This document shows positions 59,234-64,000 of a DNA stretch of 64,000 nucleotides, piece by piece. The stretch lies in assembly GCA_021323165.1 (NCBI GenBank), contig JAJTCJ010000003.1, positions 4,321-68,320 on the forward strand, given 5' to 3'. This stretch comes from Bacteroidota bacterium. Its GTDB lineage: Bacteria; Bacteroidota; Bacteroidia; 2-12-FULL-35-15. A program made the translations under genes and the position numbers. The first letter of the stretch is position 1. Each line of letters starts with the position of its first letter. The notes under the pieces were generated by a model that was given only the letters and a program-made list of their open reading frames with translations, was not told the DNA's origin and made no database searches.

Positions 59234-60922
59234 ATGAAAAAGATTCTACTCATTACACTTATCAGTTTTAACTTTATTTTCAGCCAAGCACAGACCACTT
59301 TTGAAAAGTCGTTTGGAGGAGCAGGAAACGACTCACTTACTTGTTTGCAGCAAACTTCAGATGGAGGCTATATTATTTGTGGAAGTACCAAAAGTTTTGG
59401 TGCTGGCGATTTTGATGTTTTTGTCATTAAATTGAATTCATCCGGTGGTAGAGTATGGAACAAGACATTTGGTGGCACTGAGGCTGATTACGGAAATGAT
59501 ATAAAAACAACCAGTGATGGAGGATATATTATAACAGGTTCTTCCAAAAGCTTTAATTCAGGAGATGAACGTGTTTATCTTTTAAAACTGGATGTAAACG
59601 GAAATTTAATATGGTCAGAAACTTTAGGCGAATCGACATCAGGGCAAGGTAAGTCTGTTATACAGACCTCAGATGGCGGTTATGCAATTACAGGTTCATC
59701 AAAAAATACCGATGGCCTTAAAGTAATTTATTTGTTGAAAACAATGACGGATGGTTCAGGTGTTTTCGAGGTTCATTTCCCATTTGAAGGAGAAGGCCAT
59801 TCTATTATAGAATCTTTCGAAGGCGGGTTTGTACTTAATGGAATAAATACATCTGCTAACTTATCTTCTAAAAATATTTTAATAAAGACTGATGAGTTTG
59901 GAAACAACCTTTGGTCAAGAACATATAGCAATGATAATTGTTTTTTTACCACCACTCATGTATCTCAATCCCGTGATGGAGGATATGTTGTTGGAGGTGG
60001 AGCAAGAAGACCTTTGCTAAATGGTTCTGTCGCATTTATTTCTAAAATTAATATGTTGGGCGAACAATTATGGGCAAAAGCATATACAGGTGGTGAAGGT
60101 GTTTCGGTTAATTCTACATTAGATAATGGATATATAATTTCGGGGAGTATAAATTCAGAAAGCACATCTTCTGGAATGTATCTGGCAAAAACAGATAGTT
60201 TGGGCAGCATTTTTTGGTCAAAGGGTTTTGGTGGCCTAAACAATGAAGTTTCCGTGTCAGGATCCCAGACTTCAGATGAAGGATATATTGTTGCAGGAAT
60301 TACAAATAGTTATGGGCAGGGTATTTCTGATGCATATATTATAAAAACAGATATAAATGGTATTACCTCATGTTCAAATAATCCTGTTCAAATAATTGAG
60401 GATACCTTAACTCTTGATGAAAGTGTATATACTTTTCAACCTGCTTTCAACTATGTAATTCCATCTGTAACCATTGCTTTAACTTTAGCGGCAGATGTAA
60501 ATTTAACTGGCGCATCGGTGTGTTATTCGCCTGAACCTGTTGCGGATATTTCCTCTTCAATAAATACGGCTGATCAAATTCATGAGGATAAAATTATTGT
60601 AGCTGAAGATATAATCATTGAAGAAGAACACACACAAAAACTCTTTAATTCAGCACCAGCAAATATTGGCTTTACTATTTTTCCAAATCCAAATGATGGG
60701 ATGAACGTTAATATGTCTTTTGAATCCGCTGCATCTGAAGAAATTTTAGTAGTAGTATATGATCAGTTAGGAAGAGAACATTATTCAAAGATCATTGTTA
60801 CCGAAGAAAATTCAAATAATGTTTTTGCAATCGACCCGAAAGGTAATTTATTGCCTGGAATCTATATGGTTACTGCAACTTCAGGTAAAGAAACATTCAG
60901 CAAACGATTAATAGTGAAGTAA
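59234..60922 (+). CDS. T9SS type-A cargo with tandem ~45-50-aa propeller-like repeats
   Basis: Signal peptide. Repeats of the form SDGGYIITGSxxSFGxGxxDvyxxKxxxxGxxxWxKtFGG. C-terminal IFPNPNDGMNVNM...GIYMVTATSGKETFSKRLIVK. Confidence 0.7.
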   Translation: MKKILLITLISFNFIFSQAQTTFEKSFGGAGNDSLTCLQQTSDGGYIICGSTKSFGAGDFDVFVIKLNSSGGRVWNKTFGGTEADYGNDIKTTSDGGYIITGSSKSFNSGDERVYLLKLDVNGNLIWSETLGESTSGQGKSVIQTSDGGYAITGSSKNTDGLKVIYLLKTMTDGSGVFEVHFPFEGEGHSIIESFEGGFVLNGINTSANLSSKNILIKTDEFGNNLWSRTYSNDNCFFTTTHVSQSRDGGYVVGGGARRPLLNGSVAFISKINMLGEQLWAKAYTGGEGVSVNSTLDNGYIISGSINSESTSSGMYLAKTDSLGSIFWSKGFGGLNNEVSVSGSQTSDEGYIVAGITNSYGQGISDAYIIKTDINGITSCSNNPVQIIEDTLTLDESVYTFQPAFNYVIPSVTIALTLAADVNLTGASVCYSPEPVADISSSINTADQIHEDKIIVAEDIIIEEEHTQKLFNSAPANIGFTIFPNPNDGMNVNMSFESAASEEILVVVYDQLGREHYSKIIVTEENSNNVFAIDPKGNLLPGIYMVTATSGKETFSKRLIVK

Positions 60923-60928
60923 ATTCAT

Positions 60929-60966
60929 AGTGGCACTATCCAAAACGGAGGTGCCACTTTTATTTC
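60929..60966 (+). terminator. rho-independent terminator
   Basis: 8-bp stem AGTGGCAC / GTGCCACT (60929-60936 / 60951-60958) followed by TTTTATTT. Confidence 0.6.
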
Positions 60967-61033
60967 ATCCTGTTGGAATTTATGCCAATGCCTGGCACGA
61001 TCATTTTTTAATCTATTCTCAGATATATTTAAT

Positions 61034-62704
61034 ATGAAAAATATTTTATTCCTAATGTTGTTTTTTACTTGCGTTTTAAAGGCTCAGATCACTTTCGAAA
61101 AATCATATGGCGGCCCGGGTTCTGAATTCGCATGGGGGACAACTCAATGCGCTGATGGAGGATCTATCTCAGTGGGCTCTACAGACAGCTATGGTGCGGG
61201 AATCCTTGATGTATATGTGGTCCGGACATCTGTCAATGGTTCAGTTCTTTGGACAAAAACTTTCGGTGGTTCAAATATGGAATTCGGTACATCTATTATT
61301 AAAACGGCAGATAACAATTTTCTTCTCACAGGTTACACAAACAGCTTTGGTAATGGGTTCGATATATATGTAATAAAGATTGATGAGGGCGGAAATCTTC
61401 TTTGGTCTGCAACATACGGTGGTGTAGGTGACCAGATGGCATACGGCATTGAAAATAATGGTTCAGGCTGTGTTATTACCGGTAAAACGGATAGTTACGG
61501 TGTGGGTGATTTTGACGGTTTTATTCTTGCTTTGCAAAATGACGGATCGGTGAATTGGTTTAAAAATTACGGAGGGATTAATGAGGAATGTTTTACTTCA
61601 ATTAAACGCACGTCTGATAATGGCTTTTGTTTAGCTGGCACAACAACCAGCTTTGGTTCCGGCTTTCAGGATGGATATGTTTTAAAAGTAGATAATGAAG
61701 GGAATAAAGAATGGTCAAAGGCTTTTGGCGGTTCAGATACCGATTATACATCTTCTGTTAAACAAACGGCTGATGGAAATTATATTATTACAGGAGGATC
61801 ATACAGTTATGGTCCCGGGTCGGGAGATGCATTAATTGTAAAGTTGAATAGTTATGGTGAGGTTATTTGGCAGAATACTTTCGGAGGACCAGGAGTAGAT
61901 AGTGGGAATGATATAATTGAAGCAGGAAATGGCGGGTATGTTATGTTAGGACATACCGGAAGTTCTTCAGATAACTTTAATGTATATATTATTAAAACAA
62001 CTGTAAATGGAGATATTGAATTTTCCCGATCTTTTGGCGACAATGGTTCAGATATAGGATATCATATCGAAAGAGCTGGAAGTACAGGATATGTTATATG
62101 TGGCGAATTAAACGGGCAGGTTTATTTGCTAAAACTTAATAGTAATTGCAGAACAAGCTGCTCGAATGATGAGTTTTCTCAATCTTCTCCTTCTGCTTTA
62201 CAGTTTACTTCTCCCACAGATCATGTTCAAATTCAATCCTCATTGAGTATTTCAGTTGTTCAAACAATTTTAAGTGATGGTGGTGCCGAGAACAGCAAAT
62301 GTTATAATGAGATTACGAATACTTTAGATGGAAACATCTTTACACCAATTGATTCAGATCTGACGCATACAATTCAGGAGTCTTTTATTGAAAGAGAAAA
62401 CTCACAGCTAAGCCCATCTTCGGCTAAGCCCATTTCAGAGAATAATACTTCTTTGTTTGAGGTATATCCAAATCCGAACAGCGGGGAAAATATTTATGTT
62501 AAATTAGAATCGGAATCTGCTGGTAAATTAATTCTGAAGATCTACGACCAGTTAGGAAGAACATTCTACTCAGATGTATTGATTCCCGGAACATATGAAA
62601 ACACTTTCATTATTGAACCACAACAAGAACTTCTACCTGGCATATATATGCTAACAGCTACAACCGACAATAGAACTTTCAGTACAAGATTAATAATTAA
62701 ATAA
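61034..62704 (+). CDS. paralogous T9SS type-A cargo with propeller-like repeats
   Basis: Same repeat architecture and CTD (VYPNPNSGENIYV...GIYMLTATTDNRTFSTRLIIK) as the upstream gene. Roughly 40-45 percent identity by eye. Confidence 0.7.
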   Translation: MKNILFLMLFFTCVLKAQITFEKSYGGPGSEFAWGTTQCADGGSISVGSTDSYGAGILDVYVVRTSVNGSVLWTKTFGGSNMEFGTSIIKTADNNFLLTGYTNSFGNGFDIYVIKIDEGGNLLWSATYGGVGDQMAYGIENNGSGCVITGKTDSYGVGDFDGFILALQNDGSVNWFKNYGGINEECFTSIKRTSDNGFCLAGTTTSFGSGFQDGYVLKVDNEGNKEWSKAFGGSDTDYTSSVKQTADGNYIITGGSYSYGPGSGDALIVKLNSYGEVIWQNTFGGPGVDSGNDIIEAGNGGYVMLGHTGSSSDNFNVYIIKTTVNGDIEFSRSFGDNGSDIGYHIERAGSTGYVICGELNGQVYLLKLNSNCRTSCSNDEFSQSSPSALQFTSPTDHVQIQSSLSISVVQTILSDGGAENSKCYNEITNTLDGNIFTPIDSDLTHTIQESFIERENSQLSPSSAKPISENNTSLFEVYPNPNSGENIYVKLESESAGKLILKIYDQLGRTFYSDVLIPGTYENTFIIEPQQELLPGIYMLTATTDNRTFSTRLIIK

Positions 62705-62720
62705 AATTACTTTCGGAAAA

Positions 62721-62760
62721 GAAGGCATGATCCATCAGCGATTGTGCCTTCTTCATTTAT
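62721..62760 (+). terminator. possible weak terminator
   Basis: 7-bp stem GAAGGCA / TGCCTTC with a 16-nt loop and an interrupted T-run. Confidence 0.35.
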
Positions 62761-62803
62761 ATCAAGTGTTACGGCCAGCCGGAAATTTTCCTATCTTTAA
62801 AAA

Positions 62804-63412
62804 ATGGAAATACTTTCAGCTCAATTTGTAATTAGTAATACTGACATCTCAAAGTGTCCGGCTCCTTCCATGCCTGAATACGCATTTATCGGGCGATCTA
62901 ATGTTGGTAAATCTTCCTTAATCAATATGCTTGTGAACCGCAAGGATATGGCTAAAACTTCTGGAAAACCGGGGAAAACCCAGCTTATAAATCATTTTGT
63001 CATTAATGAGAACTGGTATCTTGTGGATCTTCCAGGTTATGGCTACGCACAGGTTTCAAGGGATAAGAGGGATACCTGGGCAAAATTCATCAATGAATAT
63101 ATTTTAGGAAGAGAAAATCTTATGTGCACCTTTGTGCTAGTTGATTCAAGACTAAGCCCTCAGAAGATAGATCTTGAATTTATGGACTGGTTGGGTGAGA
63201 ACGGGATTCCTTTCGTAATTGTATTTACCAAAATGGATAAATTATCCAAATCCAAAATTGCCAACAACATAAAAAATTATAAAGAGGAAATGGGGAGATC
63301 ATGGGATGAACTTCCACAGTGTTTTTATACTTCTGCCGAAATGAAAGAGGGAAGAAAAGAATTACTGGATTTTATTTCCCAGGCTAACCAGGTATTTAAA
63401 AAAGAAGCCTGA
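62804..63412 (+). CDS. engB: ribosome-biogenesis GTPase YihA/YsxC
   Basis: G1 [10 protein letters not shown]3 DLPGYGY, G4 TKMDK. Confidence 0.9.
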   Translation: MEILSAQFVISNTDISKCPAPSMPEYAFIGRSNVGKSSLINMLVNRKDMAKTSGKPGKTQLINHFVINENWYLVDLPGYGYAQVSRDKRDTWAKFINEYILGRENLMCTFVLVDSRLSPQKIDLEFMDWLGENGIPFVIVFTKMDKLSKSKIANNIKNYKEEMGRSWDELPQCFYTSAEMKEGRKELLDFISQANQVFKKEA

Positions 63413-64000
63413 TTACTGACCGCTTCTCAAGAGTGTAACAAAACCTCTGGTACTGTAATCTTTGGAAGTTACTGAAACAGCCTTAAGGATAAAGAAATAA
63501 GTACCATCACTTAATTCAACTCCTGTAGATGATCTTCCGTCCCATTTGATCTTGCTGTCAGTTGAAGTAAAAAGTAAAGTTCCCCATCGGTTATAAACGT
63601 CAAGCTGAAACTCTTTTAATCCCGCACTGTTAATATAGAAAACATCATTTATTCCATCATTATCCGGAGTAAATACATTTGGTATGTTGATGTAATCCAA
63701 TGCATCTACTGCAATTGTCATACAGGATGTATCGGCACAACCTGTAGTGTTTATAGCGGTCAGACAAACAGTCTGGAGTCCGTTTGCGCTGTAACCATGT
63801 GTAGGATTTTGTTGTGTAGATGAACTTCCGTCTCCAAAATCCCATGTCCATGCTGATGCACCACCTGTACTAAGATCAATAAAGTTATAGCTGAACCCCG
63901 AAGATGTAGTATCAAATGCGGCTGATGGTGGTGACGAAACATTTACTGTACAAAATACAGGATCTGAAAAACATCCGGCTGAGTTAGTGTCCAAAACAAT
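63413..64000 (-). CDS. PKD-domain protein with T9SS type-B (gliding motility-associated) C-terminal domain, 5' partial
   Basis: The frame is open to the window end. PKD motif WDFGDGSSS...HGY. C-terminal IPNVFTPDNDGINDVF...YNRWGTLLF...WDG...GTYFF pattern of the type-B CTD. Confidence 0.75.
   Translation of the reverse strand: MVLDTNSAGCFSDPVFCTVNVSSPPSAAFDTTSSGFSYNFIDLSTGGASAWTWDFGDGSSSTQQNPTHGYSANGLQTVCLTAINTTGCADTSCMTIAVDALDYINIPNVFTPDNDGINDVFYINSAGLKEFQLDVYNRWGTLLFTSTDSKIKWDGRSSTGVELSDGTYFFILKAVSVTSKDYSTRGFVTLLRSGQ

Noticed and set aside
1-64000. Search for tRNA, rRNA, CRISPR repeats, transposases, integrases, toxin-antitoxin pairs and known defence genes
   Set aside because: None recognised. 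All spacers over 100 bp are AT-rich without cloverleaf-like GC stems or regularly spaced direct repeats.

Overview
AT-rich chromosomal segment that reads as Bacteroidota (Flavobacteriia/Cytophagia-like). Five cargo proteins plus a PorU-like protein end in T9SS type-A-like C-terminal domains, and one protein ends in a type-B (gliding-motility) CTD. Several genes are preceded by TAnnTTTG boxes, and hairpin plus T-run terminators are common. I count about 55 protein-coding genes plus two decayed genes. I saw no rRNA, tRNA, CRISPR array, transposase, integrase or recognisable phage or defence genes. Housekeeping content: recQ, kdsD/kpsF, msrB, comM/yifB, gmhA, purS, pssA, lnt, lpdA, hemH, engB, an M20 amidohydrolase and a PLP Cys/Met-family enzyme. 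The non-routine content is envelope-related. (1) A PorV-like barrel and a 1666-aa C25/PorU-like peptidase (37.2-43.3 kb) are translationally coupled to a frameshifted small secreted gene and transcribed divergently from a methyltransferase-GT2-GT-C operon. (2) A TMTC-like (multi-TM + TPR) GT-C protein sits in an operon with an SDR, a polyprenyl-phosphate-type GT2 and a left-handed-beta-helix sugar N-acetyltransferase (16.6-20.9 kb). (3) A further block holds GT2-DUF2304, an acyltransferase-3 and three overlapping membrane-protein genes (11.0-16.6 kb). (4) A secreted START-domain gene precedes an OlsA/OlsB-like (GlsA/GlsB-like) N-acyl-amino-acid lipid pair. (5) A 203-bp inverted-repeat element carrying an internally deleted GxxExxY-type mini-ORF fills the lpdA-hemH spacer. 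(6) The conserved N-terminus of recQ has no usable start codon. All functional calls come from motif recognition by eye; nothing was searched against a database and no statistics were computed.
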